From NCBI RefSeq assembly GCF_964204645.1, contig NC_134026.1, positions 30,042,150 to 30,106,149 of the forward strand: DNA of 64,000 bases. Reading direction: 5' to 3'. This DNA comes from Tubulanus polymorphus (lineage: Eukaryota; Animalia; Nemertea). How positions within the stretch are numbered: the first letter of the stretch is position 1; each line of letters begins with the position of its first letter. The notes beneath the pieces were generated by a model. That model saw nothing but the letters and a program-made list of their open reading frames with translations, was not told the origin of the DNA and ran no database searches. Below, in pieces: positions 39,603-52,600 of the stretch. A program made the position numbers and the translations under genes.

Positions 39603-40615
39603 TCTTCTAAAGGATAGGGCCTTGTTTAGACCACCAAAGATTATTATAGAATTAGTATTATTGATAACAAAAATATCAGCCTCATATGACTTAGAAAGTG
39701 GTTTCCTATATGACAGACACCCATGTATTGTGACATCATTGCGTACCAACCTATTCTTGGTGAAGTTGCCTGGTTTTTTTAACATGATGATTGATGCTCT
39801 AATTGACCTTTTAGCTTCTCATGTGCACTCAATCTAATAATATCAATTAATGAATGTAATTAGTTGATGAGTAATTGATGAATGCGGCATCACATGTTTG
39901 TATGTAATTGCTCTGCTTATTGCACATTTATCTATATGGAACAACATTTTGATTTGCAGTCTGTGAATTTTTTTAATCTAAAGCAGGATGTTGAAATAGG
40001 TCTAAATATATAAATAATGGTCGCAAATACCCCTATTTGAATAGCTAGAATTAATCGTTTTGGTTGATTAAGTATAGTTGTGTATGAAGGTTGTCATAAC
40101 TGGTATTTGTAGCCTATTTGTCGCAGTAATGTATGTTAGGAAAGTGCTGTAATTTAGGAGCTCATAATCAGTATGTTGTATGCGCAAGAAATATTACAGT
40201 TGTACTGCATTTATTTTACGGTGGATTATCGCGTTATAACAAACTTCAGGGTCAAGTTTCACGATAATGTCAAACTGAAACTTTTGGTTGAATCGCTATT
40301 GGTTCTTTCATTGTCGATGAGGAGACAAATTCAAATGTAACTTTGCGGAAAGTTTTTCATGAAACTAAACTCAGGAGGGGACAGAAAGTCTGTTCGTTTT
40401 AACTGATAGTTAGCGTTGTGATACGGAAATGAAATTATTTGAAACATTATTTTCTAAGATTGACCTCTTTTTAAAAGATATTTTCATTAATGTATGAAAT
40501 GCAAATGAATTAAAGTGCGTTTATATTGATTGCAATAGCGCTTTACAGCCATTTCTATGAATTTTCTATGACAAATGATTGTGATGAAACATCATTTTTC
40601 GGTTATTTTCAGAAA

Positions 40616-43600
40616 ATGCATCATCAGAAAAGACGAAAGAAGCGTCAAACTCACGGAGTAAAAACGGTAGAGATCGCGCGCGGGCGTAATGGATACGGGT
40701 TTACGATATCGGGTCAACAGCCGTGTATTCTGAGTTGTATCGTCGCGGGCAGCCCAGCCGAACGAGCCGGCCTAAAACCGGGCGATTTACTCCTCGCCGT
40801 GAACGGAGAGAATATTTCGAAATCTCCTCACGACGACGCCGTTCGTTTGATCGGCTCGTCAAGTGGCGTTCTCGTTTTACAGATCGCCGAGAGCAACAAC
40901 AGCTCGGATTCTTCCGACGACGACTATCACTATATACAAAAACCGCGCTCGAAATATCCGAGCAGAACGCGCAGTCGAAATCAGAATATATACAGAGCGG
41001 AGAAAGTGGTCGCCGATTTACAAGCGGGGGTTATATTTCACGATCGTCCGAGTCAGGGAGTGGCACCGTTACGGAGAACCGGTAGTCCGGCTGCGTTCAC
41101 CGTAGATAGTTCGATTCATACTCAATTGCCCGATGATGTCGCAACGCCTCCCGCTCCGCAGAGGAATCGAAACTCGTCTAGAACTAATCAGAGACACGAA
41201 CCGTCGCCGGTTCCGAGTCGACAATCACCGGCTGCGAGTTTTCACGAAGTTATTCACGTATTCGGTCCGCCCGACGTGGACGTCGCGTCGAATGAAGCAG
41301 CCGCGTTGAATACGATCGGACTCCGACGCGGAGGAGAGTTCGTTCAGAGTTTACCGAATTTAGTTTCGTCGTGTATGAAGCCGATATCGAACGCGCGTAG
41401 TTCGGCCGGTAATCTGGAGCTGTTAGCGACGTCGACGACGAACTCGACGCCTCTCGAACGTTTCATCGTCGGTTACGTCGGTTCGATCGAGATTCCGGTC
41501 GATGTCGGTCGTCCGAACTCTCAGATTCTAACGATTAAAAACGCCGTTCGTAGATTACGAGTCGAGCAGAGTCGCATTCATACGTTAGTATTATTAGAAG
41601 TTTACGACGATCGAATCAAACTGTTGAACGCGCTCGGTACGACGATGGCTGTTTATCCCACCGATAAACTGGCGTTCGGCGCCGTTTGTCCGGATGATAA
41701 GAAGTTTTTCGGGTTGATAACTCGTCAGCAGCAGCAGCCCTCACGCAGCGAGGACACGCCGAATAGCAGTTCGTGTCATATATTTATGATTGATATTGAG
41801 TTAGAATCTCACACGATTCACGCGGAACGAGCTCTCACGTTCGCGATAAGATGCACGCGTTCCATCGATCAGGAGCGATGTCAGGAGTTCCCGCGCTCGG
41901 CGTCACCCGTCGTACGCGCCATCGTTAACGCATTAAACATCGATGGTGGCGCCACCTCCGCCGCGGGATCGAACCTCGCCAATCGGAGTTTCAGTAATAG
42001 CAGTACGAATAGCGACAGCGGACTCGGTTTCGGTCGAGAAGAGATTCATCGCAATAACCAGGTTTACATCGTCGATTCACAGCTGAATCCGGCGGCGGCG
42101 ACGAGGAGCGTTAATTATCGGCTGATGCGTGAAGCTCGTACGTCGAGTCCCGTTCAATTACGACCAGCTTTTCATGCGCAGCAGAGAAGTTTAGATTCGG
42201 AATCGCAATCGGAATCGGTTTCAAGTGCATTTATAAGTTCGAGACCGGATAAAACTTCATCTCCGGTCACAGTCGGTGAGTATGACCAGACGTCTGATGG
42301 GTTTAAAGTGCCCCGAATACCGGACACAACTCGGAGCAGGTTTAACGCGAGTAATTCATCGTCGCCGCGAGATCAACTCGACCAACAGAATAGCGCCGAT
42401 AATCTACGTCGTAATACGCAGAAACTGATGTCCGTTCGTCATCGTTACTCGACAGACGTACACTCGGGAAGCAGCGACGCCGATTCAGTTCGTTCGGAGA
42501 ATCCGATGACTCCGCGATTCCATGCGGTCGACAGACGACCCGTTTCCATTCCGAACGATACAACGTTTTCAAGAACGCCATCGAGATCTGGCCAGCAACG
42601 AGAGACTGATAGCAGCAGTGCAGGACAGGGAGCTGGTGGCGCGGTGCTAGCCAGTAAACTCAGTCCACGAGCGATTACTCCTAAAACTGATACGGCAGAT
42701 AGAATTAAATATGAAGTTGATTTGCCGGATAAGAAATCACTTCATAACAGACAGGTAGGTTTTAAACTTGAATTTTAATTTTGAAATGTTGAAATTGAAT
42801 CAAGGCTTGATTTTAACAATTCTAGAGTATATCTTCTCTTCAGGATAGAAGATATTCTATTGTCAGTATCCCGCCACGTCAAAACTTGATAATCTCCCAG
42901 TTTGCCTTTGATTTAAGTTTCTAGAAAACAAAGGAAAGAATTGAATTTAATATCTTCGAAGTTGAAATCAAAATATTTCCTCTATCCTGTCAGGATAGTT
43001 TCATTTTAATACTAGTCTTGCGACAAAAAATTGAGTCCTTAGGACTCTGCCAAGATTGCGCCCTGTGAATATATGCAGTTTTTGTTGTGAATTTAGGTAA
43101 AGTAAGTTTTTAACCACCTGAAAATTTTGAATACCGGTATTTCAAGTACCCTGTATTTACTCAGTTCTCAGGACATTGTTACATGGAAACTATGTGAAAC
43201 AACGAATTCAGGGCACCAGAAAATCTGTTCGTTATAACCGATAGTTCGTTAAATCCAGTAGGCAATTATTGCGCATGTCCTATTTAACCCTTTCAGTGCT
43301 GACTAATTAATACCCTATAGTGCTGGAGAAAATTTGAAAATTCTAAAAAATTCCACCCTAGTGTGTTGAACAATGGGAATACCACTATAGTGCGTCTACA
43401 CCGCAGTGCGGTGTATCGTTAGTTACTAGTATTTCACTATGTTTGACACTTGCTGCCATTTTTCAATAGAGATAATTACAAATTACTAATTACATCAATA
43501 CACCGCAGTGCGGTGTACTAGCAAAATCCATCACTGATTTTATACACCGCACTGCGGTGTAGACGCACTGAAAGGGTTAAGAAAAAATTCTAGGTTTGTA

Positions 43601-46600
43601 ATAACCAATAAATCAGTATATCTGAGTTTGTTATAAAGAGGGTCCACCGTATAAAGTCATACTCGCCACATATTGTGAGTGGTGAATTTAAACAGGATTG
43701 ATTTAGACTAATAACAGTCTGTTGCCTGTATAAAAGTGAATCCACAATGATTAGGTATAATCAGTAGTTGTTGTTCTGCCGAATAGAAATATTTGCTGTT
43801 TATACCTTATGATTGCATGTTTGCATTCGTAGAAGCACATTTGAATTTACGTTAGTGAGGATACTTGCGTCATACGAATGATGATGGCGATTATTATTAT
43901 GATTACTATTATTATTATGATTATTATTATTATTATTATTATTATTGTTCTAGGTATCCGGATGCAGCGATGATACAAATCAACGAGTCGTGTTGAGAAA
44001 TTTAAATCAAACTTTATCGCCTCCGAATCAGATAAATAGACGCGCCAACATCAGTTTGAGTCATTCACACGAGGTAAGACACTCAAACGTTCATCTCTGT
44101 TTTTAGCAGAATTATCTCTCTTTTTTTTTACTTGAATTTGTGCTGATTTCGTCTCGTGAATCATGGTCAAAATTTTGTTTACAAAGACTAACCTCGGAAC
44201 ACCTCGGTTTCTTGCTTTTCGCGCTGCCTTCATCTGGGTGCCTCTAATGGCGCGAAAAGGTGCCCTACATATATATGTTGGTTCACCCAGAAATAACCCT
44301 ACATCTGTCCTTGATGTCACCTTCGCTTATTGTTTACGGTAAACAATAACGTCAGTGCTGGAAATTAGATTACCACATAGAATCCTTAATGGTTTTATCA
44401 TTAGTTGTCTTCCTTCATAGTCACATCAGAAATTACCCGTCGGCTTAAAACAGATACCAGGGAGTTATATTGATAACCGTAGGGAGAACAACATTTCATG
44501 GATATTCTCGCACAGCAGTTTTCACACATCCCGATAAACCCAATATTTTCAGTTCGAAGATCATCAAAATGAAGTTCGATTTTAAATGTCGAAAATTATG
44601 AATTTTTGATACAAAATACACTATTTTAGTGAATACTCACTATAACTGTCGATCCAAAATCTTTGGAGGCAGGCAGGGGTTGTGTACAATGCGCATTTTG
44701 GACCTGGTGAGTTCGGTCATGAATGTATATTTTCAACGTTTTAGATTGAACTTTATTTAGTCTGAGCGTTCACAACGCGGTTGAATTGATTAATATCTTA
44801 CTTATGTAAACATAACCCATTAGTTTTCGATAATCACGTTGTGCCGATTGATAAAGCGAATGTCACTGTATATATTTATGAAGTGTGAAATCTCGATTAA
44901 CACTTCACGAAAAATACATTGCTATTTTAGTTTAATTTCCATTTGTTAGCATTCATTGGCAGATATTATTATATTATCATGACGCGATTTTCCGAAAAGG
45001 GAAAAAGAAGACGTTTTTCTTTTGAAGTCTGAAAGTTGAAAAGGCTTCCCTTTATTTTCGATTATGGGAACTAATACTAGGACACGATTGTCGCGTACCG
45101 ATGACGTTATATTCTAGTTTAGTTCATAGGTCAGAGATTAGTGAATATTGAAATGTTGAGCACTATTTCAATGTTTTATGAATAATGGAACCGTACTGTT
45201 TAAGAGGTACCTATACATATCATCCTCATTTTGTTTATCAACTCTCTCAGACTCACACGCAGGTATGTTTCATTCACTTCGTTTCAATTTTAAAATCTAA
45301 ATTCATGAATCCATCGTTTGATGATGATGATGATGTGTTTTTTAATTTGAGCAGAAAATTTAATGGAAAATTTCTTATGAAATTTCTTCAAATTACTTTA
45401 GCAAATCCTATCTTTTAAAACCCCTGGGGCCAGTTGCACAGTCGTGACTTAAGTCCAAAAGTGGTCTTAAATCTTAAGACTGGTCTTAAGTTGTTAGATT
45501 TGCTATAGAACAAAGTTGGTCTTAGACTGGTCTTAAGTCTAAGTCATGACTATGCAACCGGCCCCAGAAGTGTTTAACTGAAGTAGGCGGGAATTTAACG
45601 GATAATTTCTATCAAAATTTCTGAAGATATCTGCAGAAATTATTTATATCATAGCATCATTAATGAATTTGATTAAACCCATGATGTGTTTAACTCGAGT
45701 ACAGACTGAAAATTTGATGAAAAATATTACTAAAAGTTTCTCCAAAAATGATTCAATTCCTATTCCTTCATTAGATAGCACGATCGACATTCATCATTAA
45801 TTAGGTGACAATGTGTAGTCAGACTATGTGAATGCTCGGGTCACTTATTGAATATTATTGACAAGGCGAAATACAGCTGGTTCATCTGATTATTGAATAT
45901 TCATCAATACACGTATTAGTACATGTACGTGTAGACAGTGGATGCTGACATTTTAAAGTCTCCAACGCACCAGAAAATATTCTTTGAAAATCTTCTGAGT
46001 TTAATTAGCGCGTTGAACAGAGAATTTTCACATATTTTAATTGTACTGGGTGAAACGGAAGCTGGTGTAGAGCTCACGTTGATTAACCTGTACTGCGTGA
46101 CAGAGACAGTAAGACAGTGACTGTCCACTGCGGCAGATGATGTGAATTCATTCCTCCTGCGTGAAATATGTACAGTCGCTGGAGGATTTTATTTCTGAAA
46201 AAGGCTAATAGTTTCCCAATTCAGGTAATAGATTATCGTGGTCCATTGTAGTTCGTGTAGAAATTGAAATCTTCAGTTATATCCATCATGAATGATGTAA
46301 TCATTGAGTTTACGGTTTTAGCACTACTGTATAGAATTGTAGGTACATGTATATGAATTACCGAGGTAAGCTATCTTTTGGAGAACAGTAGACATGAGGT
46401 GGATGTGTAAAATACTCTATCTATAGAATATTCGCATTCGCATTTTTCGCAGTGTTTGATCTGTTCGGGTGTGTTTGACCTGATGAGGTTTCCTGTAAGT
46501 GTTCGACCTGATGAGGTGTCCTGCAAGTGTTTGACCTGATGAGGTTTCCTGTAAGTGTTTGACCTGATGAGGTTTCCTGCAAGTGTTTGACCTGATGAGG

Positions 46601-49600
46601 TTTCCTGTAAGTGTTTGACCTGATGAGGTTTCCTGCAAGTGTTTGACCTGATGAGGTTTCCTGTAAGTGTTCGACCTGATGAGGTTTCCTGTAAGTGTTC
46701 GACCTGATGAGGTTTCCTGCAAGTGTTTGACCTGATGAGGTTTCCTGTAAGTGTTTGACCTGATGAGGTTTCCTGTAAGTGTTTGACCTGATGAGGTTTC
46801 CTGCAAGTGTTTGACCTGATGAGGTTTCCTGTAAGTGTTCGACCTGATGAGGTTTCCTGCAAGTGTTTGGACCTGATGAGGTTTTCTGCAAGTGTTTGGA
46901 CCTGATGAGGTTTCCTGCAAGTGTTTGGACCTGATAAGGTTTCCTGCAAGTGTTTGATCTGATAAGTTGTCCTGGAAGTGTTTGATCTGTTCAGGTGTCC
47001 TGGAAGTGTTTGATCTGTTCAGGCGTTCAGGAAGTGTTTAACCTGTTCAGGAAGTGTTTAACCTGTTCAGGAAGTGTTTGATCTGTTCAGGAAGTGTTTG
47101 ATCTGTTCAGGTGTTCAGGAAGTGTTTAACCTGTTCAGGCATTCAGGAAGTGTTTAACCTGTTCAGGTGTTCTATGAGTAATTGATCGATGTAGTTGGAT
47201 GATGTTGTTGTTATTATATTTCAGTCGTTGGTTAGCCCAGATTTACGCGACCAATCGGGAGGAAACTTAAACAAATCACGACTGGTTCCGGTCGGTAGTT
47301 TAGACGTATTAGAAAATCAAAATGATTTAGAAACGTCGACGAACAATGCATCGGGGTCTGCAGGACGTGCGGCGGGTTGGGCTGTATCTCTACACAGATT
47401 ACTGGATGATCGTTCGGGTCTCGATGCTTTTACGGTAAGAGTTTCATCGTGAATCATTTTACTAAATCTCTTAAGATAACGTGACTACAACAGTTATACG
47501 TATTGTTATTACAGTCGTTCTTGAAAAAAGAGTTCAGCGAAGAGAATATCGTATTTTGGACGGCGTGTGAAAATTATAAAAAAATTGAAAAACTAGACGA
47601 GGTTCGTGAAAACCGTGTGAACATTTATCGTTATGAACGGTGTTTGTAATTTCTGTTTGATGTAAAAAAATGAAAATCGCGTTTCGAATTTTAGCGTAAA
47701 ACGTTGGCTACGGAAATATTTGATAAGCATTTAGCAGTAAGAAGTACAGAACCGGTTAATATTGATAGTCACGCTCGCAAGATTACTGAAGAGAATCTTC
47801 ATAAATCTCATATTGATCTATTCAATGAAGCTCAGAGACAGGTAATTTTATTGTTTCTCATTGATTGCGTTTTTAAACGAACGTAGCTGCTGCTGCTGCT
47901 CAACAAGACACAATCTCTACTCTCCCCTTCTCTCTCCCTCTCTCTCCCTCTCTCTCCCTCTCTCTCCCTCTCTCTCCCTCTCTCTCCCTCTCTCTCCCTC
48001 TCTCCCTCTCTCTCCCTCCCTCTCACTGATAGAATGTCTATATTATCTGATATTCAATTAGTATCACACACTGTTAATTAGTGCCTCGGAGAAAATAGCG
48101 ATTCACTCGTGCGGTTTTCTGAACATAAAATATAAATATGTACTGATTAATATCTCTGTCCGTCATGAAACCTGAAAATCTTCCAATTGTCAAATTTAGA
48201 AGAGTTTTACGTCCCAACTGCAATTAGTTACAGTGTAACCCTAGTGGGTCTTAAGAGACGGCCAGGGCCTTTTTATAGGCTGTTATGGCTCACAACCTGA
48301 CTAAGTTAGCAGAGCTTAGTCCACGTAGGTGCCTCGACAGCCAACGCCAGAGGTGGTTTCGAACTAGGGACCTCTGGGTTCCCAGTCCTTCACTCAACCA
48401 ACTGAGCTAACTGCACAGGACTGCTGTGCAGTTAGTGTCTTGTCAATTACTTGTTATTTGCCTCAACTTATTCGTATGAAGGGAATGACTTGCAGAAAGG
48501 TCATTCAATTTTCTCTAAACTAAACTAATATGAATTTCATTATTTGATTAGATATTTCAGTTAATGAAACACGACAGCTATGTGAGATTCCTTAAATCTG
48601 ATATCTACAAACAATGTGTAATAGCTGATCTGGAAGGTTTACCACTTCCTTACCCGCAACAAACAACGGCTCAAACGGAATCCTCCAGACCACAATCATC
48701 ACATGAAACTAACAAGAAAAAGGTACTGGTACATATCTAAACTTAAATTACAGTCAAACTCAGATAAGTTGTCAAATTAGTTTTTGAGTCTCAAATTGCA
48801 CGTCCAATTGAATTTGCTAAGCGAAAGTCACCACTCGGAAAAGTCATCAACATTATGATCGTCCAAACTACAACAACTTTCAAGCGAGTTTAACCGTATG
48901 CGAAAAAGAATTATTGCAATAGAATTAATGGAGATGATTGATTTTGTAGAGTAAGAAAATAAAGAATACATCTGGTAGTGGAGGTAGTGGAGGAAGTGTT
49001 GATGATGGCGGTGGAGCGCACGAGGAAAAACGACGTAAATCATTTTTACCGTGGCATAAAGGTATCGTATATATACACGCTAATCCTCTCTATAACAAAC
49101 GCTTTTGGTCACAGTGGCGCCACTTACCTGGAGATCAGGGAAAAGATAGGAAAGATTTCTTTCTTTGCTTTGAAAAAATTCAGGGAATTATGTATAGAAA
49201 AAAGAAGCTAAAACAATCAGGGAAAAGTGAGGGAAATACTGTCAATCTTTCTATTCATATGAAAACAAAATACAAACATAAGTTGTTTTTTTTTTACTTA
49301 TTCAGGAAAGAGTAAAAAAGATGCTCTGAAGAAGTCGATGAAAGTTAAAGATCACGAGAAAACGGAGAAAAAAGGAGAAACCGGTAAAACATTACCTTCG
49401 AAAGAAGAGGTATGAATTACATGTATTAATAACTGCTCTGATTCACTTAGAAATAATTGAAAAAAATGAATTCACTTTTAACTCTATTATCTCGATAACG
49501 TTTTAATTTTGTAAAGTGCAATTGATTTTATTAAATGGAAATTGCTCAATAAAATGAATAACCCGTGATATTCATGATTCATGAAACGTGATTGAATTTG

Positions 49601-52600
49601 ATTACAGATAATGGAAGCTACAGTGAAAGTGATTTTACCTGACGCCAATACAACCTGTATAAAGATACAACCCGGACGAATGCTTCAAACCGTTATTGAA
49701 GATGTGTGCAATAGTAAAAATATCGCTTTTAATTCTATAGAGGTGCTACAGTTAGGTTGTGATAAGGTTCGTTGATTACTGTGTATATCACATTTCTATT
49801 TTCAGTAGACCCCCATCTAATTCTTATTCTGTTGTGTTGGGACTGCTGTAAATATTTCACTGAGTTGACCGGTGCTGAGTAAGATACAGTCTACTGTTCA
49901 ATATTTGGACACCAGTTTTAGTCACCATTGATAAAACACTATATCCGTGTTGAGACGATAATATCTAGAGAATCCCACAATAAAAACGAGAAAATATTTA
50001 AGTTCGAAAATTTTTCCTTGAGCAAGTGTAGTTTCTTCAATGTTTCAACTATAAACTAATAGTCACCTTCAGGAATACTTATTTTTTTCTCGTCTTTATT
50101 GTGGGATTCTCGTTATATTACAAGTTTTAGTATTTTTTCGTTTGATATTTTTTCAGCCAATGGATCTGAACGTAGATGTGGCGACAATGTCTGGGAAAGA
50201 GATAGTTATTGAGAAACGCGTGCTGTTTCGCATGAATTTGCCGAATAAAAAGTTTCTCGGAGTTAAAGCGAAACCGACTCGTTCGATAAACAAAGTTTTC
50301 GAGCCAATTTTACTGAAATACGGTTTGAATTTAGACGACGTAGTTTTACATCTGGTAAATATCATGCAAACCGCGCTAATTGTTACTATGGCGATATCAT
50401 CACATCGACTTCCTCCTGTCAGGGTGTAAAATATTGTTGACAGTTTAATGCGTAGAATTATTATGTCTGACACTTTAAACTCAGATCTGAGAAAAACAAA
50501 AATGCAAAAACAAAAAAAAAGGTTAATGGGGATTGTTAGGAGGTTGAAATTTGCGATGTGTCATGTTAAGGACACTAGCTTCAGAACCCACAATGAAGAA
50601 AAAATGGATACCTATATCAATCATCAATGATTATTTAGAAATCTATTAAGAGCTCTGAATTTTACCTAAAAGTCATTTTTCAAAGAATGAGTGATTGTTT
50701 TTCAGGCTGGATCTAGTTCTCCTTTAGATCCGGAAGTTTCTGTCTCAACTATAGAAAATAAACAAGTAATGGTGCAATCACGTGAAGATTACGCAGGTAT
50801 GCAACGTATTCAACATTGATCATTTATCTGCCATTGTTTGTTCGTTTGAATCCAGTTAATTCTTCAGCAAAACATGTTGTTTTCACTCATTGGTTTCATT
50901 TTAGTTATTAAAAATGATATTTGCTTTTTGTATCATTGATACAAGCATAGCGTTGTTTGTCACTTGGTATCAATGTTTGTCCAGGGTGTCTATTAAGATT
51001 TACTGAATGTCCTTGTATATTACGTTTCTAGGTCTTCCTATTGCTTATATGTATCCATTTTATGGTATGTTATCTAAACAAAGAAACCTTACAACAAACT
51101 TGAAATAAACATTTATCAGAAATAACCAACGAGTAATTTGGACTCAAATTTGATTAATTACATATGAATGGATACAGTCAAACCCACTTCATTCAGATCA
51201 GTTTAATCCTGATTTTGAAATCATTTGATCCTGATATCATTTTCAGCCCACCTATATATATATAAAATATGAAGATGAATTTGGATTTTTTTTACTCCGG
51301 ATAAATTTCATTGATCCTTACTGATCCGAATTAACTGGGTTTGACTACCGGCATATAAGAACCAGTTATAACAAACAAATATTCAAATTCCCTGACGTTT
51401 GTTCTGACTAGGTTCCACTGTATTGCCAAAAATATATTTTTGATATTGCTTTTATAATTGTGAGAAGTGATATCTTAAATTAGATACATTGCACAAAATA
51501 GCACAGCGGAAATCACAGGGATAATCATGAAAAAAAATTGAATGATTATAGATAGCATTTTCATGTCACAAGTCAATTTATATAATAATTCAATTCATTT
51601 TTTTATGCTCAACAAATGTGTGTTTTATTTTGAAATATTGTGTGTGGAATTAAAAATATGAAGGTTATTTGTTTTTTGTGCTAACTTCAGGATATTGGTG
51701 GCTAGGTGAGTTGATCCAGTAGTCTATATGCATGATTTCCCTCCCCCTCATTTCAATTATATCACTCAAATCTGCTCTACATCCATGATTTCCTTGAATT
51801 CATTTCAATATATTTGTTATTCTGTTTGATTCAATTGATTCGTCTATCTGTAATTATTACTCAGACATCGACATGCTCAATCTTGAGCAAATCTGCGTCA
51901 ATTTGCTTCATGCATGTACACAATTGATTTACCAATACACCAGCTAGGGTTATATGATACATTATTGTGTAGGATTAGCTATTAGCTTCAAATGATTAAG
52001 CTTCTGTGAAACTGCTAGTGACTGACAATTCAATCATAATTGAAATTGCAGTAGTGTGACTGTTAAAGACATTAATGCTTGAATTCATTATTAACTGACT
52101 GTATTCACTATTAACGCACGTGATAGAATTGTGAAAATCCCGTCGACACTGTGCCCTTATATTTTAGACTGTAAATACTATATACGTTTAACCTTTAACA
52201 CCAAAATATTTTTTTCTATTTGTGCATAAAATGTCGAGTCAAAATAAATCTTTTATTCAATAATCCGACATCTTTTCACTGAATAGTTTCTGAATACTGA
52301 CCAAGGGTGCACATGGGTGTTTGTATCTCAGAAACATTCATCCCGATGAAAAGATTAAGATTTGACGACAATTCTAGTAATTCCGTGGAAATCTCATCAC
52401 CAATTTGATAGAATAACCCCTCAGATGATGACGGTATATATATATACCGGTATATATATATATGTGATGGTAGTTGAGTAGGTGATTTCAATACCCATTC
52501 TATGAAACTGGACCCATGTGTACCCTTTATGTTTCAGAATGGGGAGGGTTTGATATGATGTCATCGACTCCGCAGAGTAAAGCGCCGTCTGCTGGTGGCA

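Noticed and set aside
46343-46365. 23-nt AG...GTAAG cassette in an RGS12 intron
   Set aside because: Not frame-preserving in a phase-0 intron, and nearby ATGs give a phase-1 donor incompatible with exon 47225
46371-46949. Three overlapping minus-strand ORFs (156-192 aa) with repeated peptide
   Set aside because: Artefact of a stop-free 28-bp minisatellite inside an RGS12 intron
46471-47170. Possible CRISPR array, hammerhead array (CTGATGAG) or C/D snoRNA array
   Set aside because: No unique spacers; GAAA is on the opposite strand from CTGATGA, so no hammerhead core; no guide or terminal stem structure; eukaryotic context
47832-48061. RE-rich and SL-rich ORFs
   Set aside because: Translations of a CT microsatellite
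48340-48418. Functional tRNA gene
   Set aside because: A and B boxes are present but acceptor and anticodon stems do not pair properly; better explained as a SINE head
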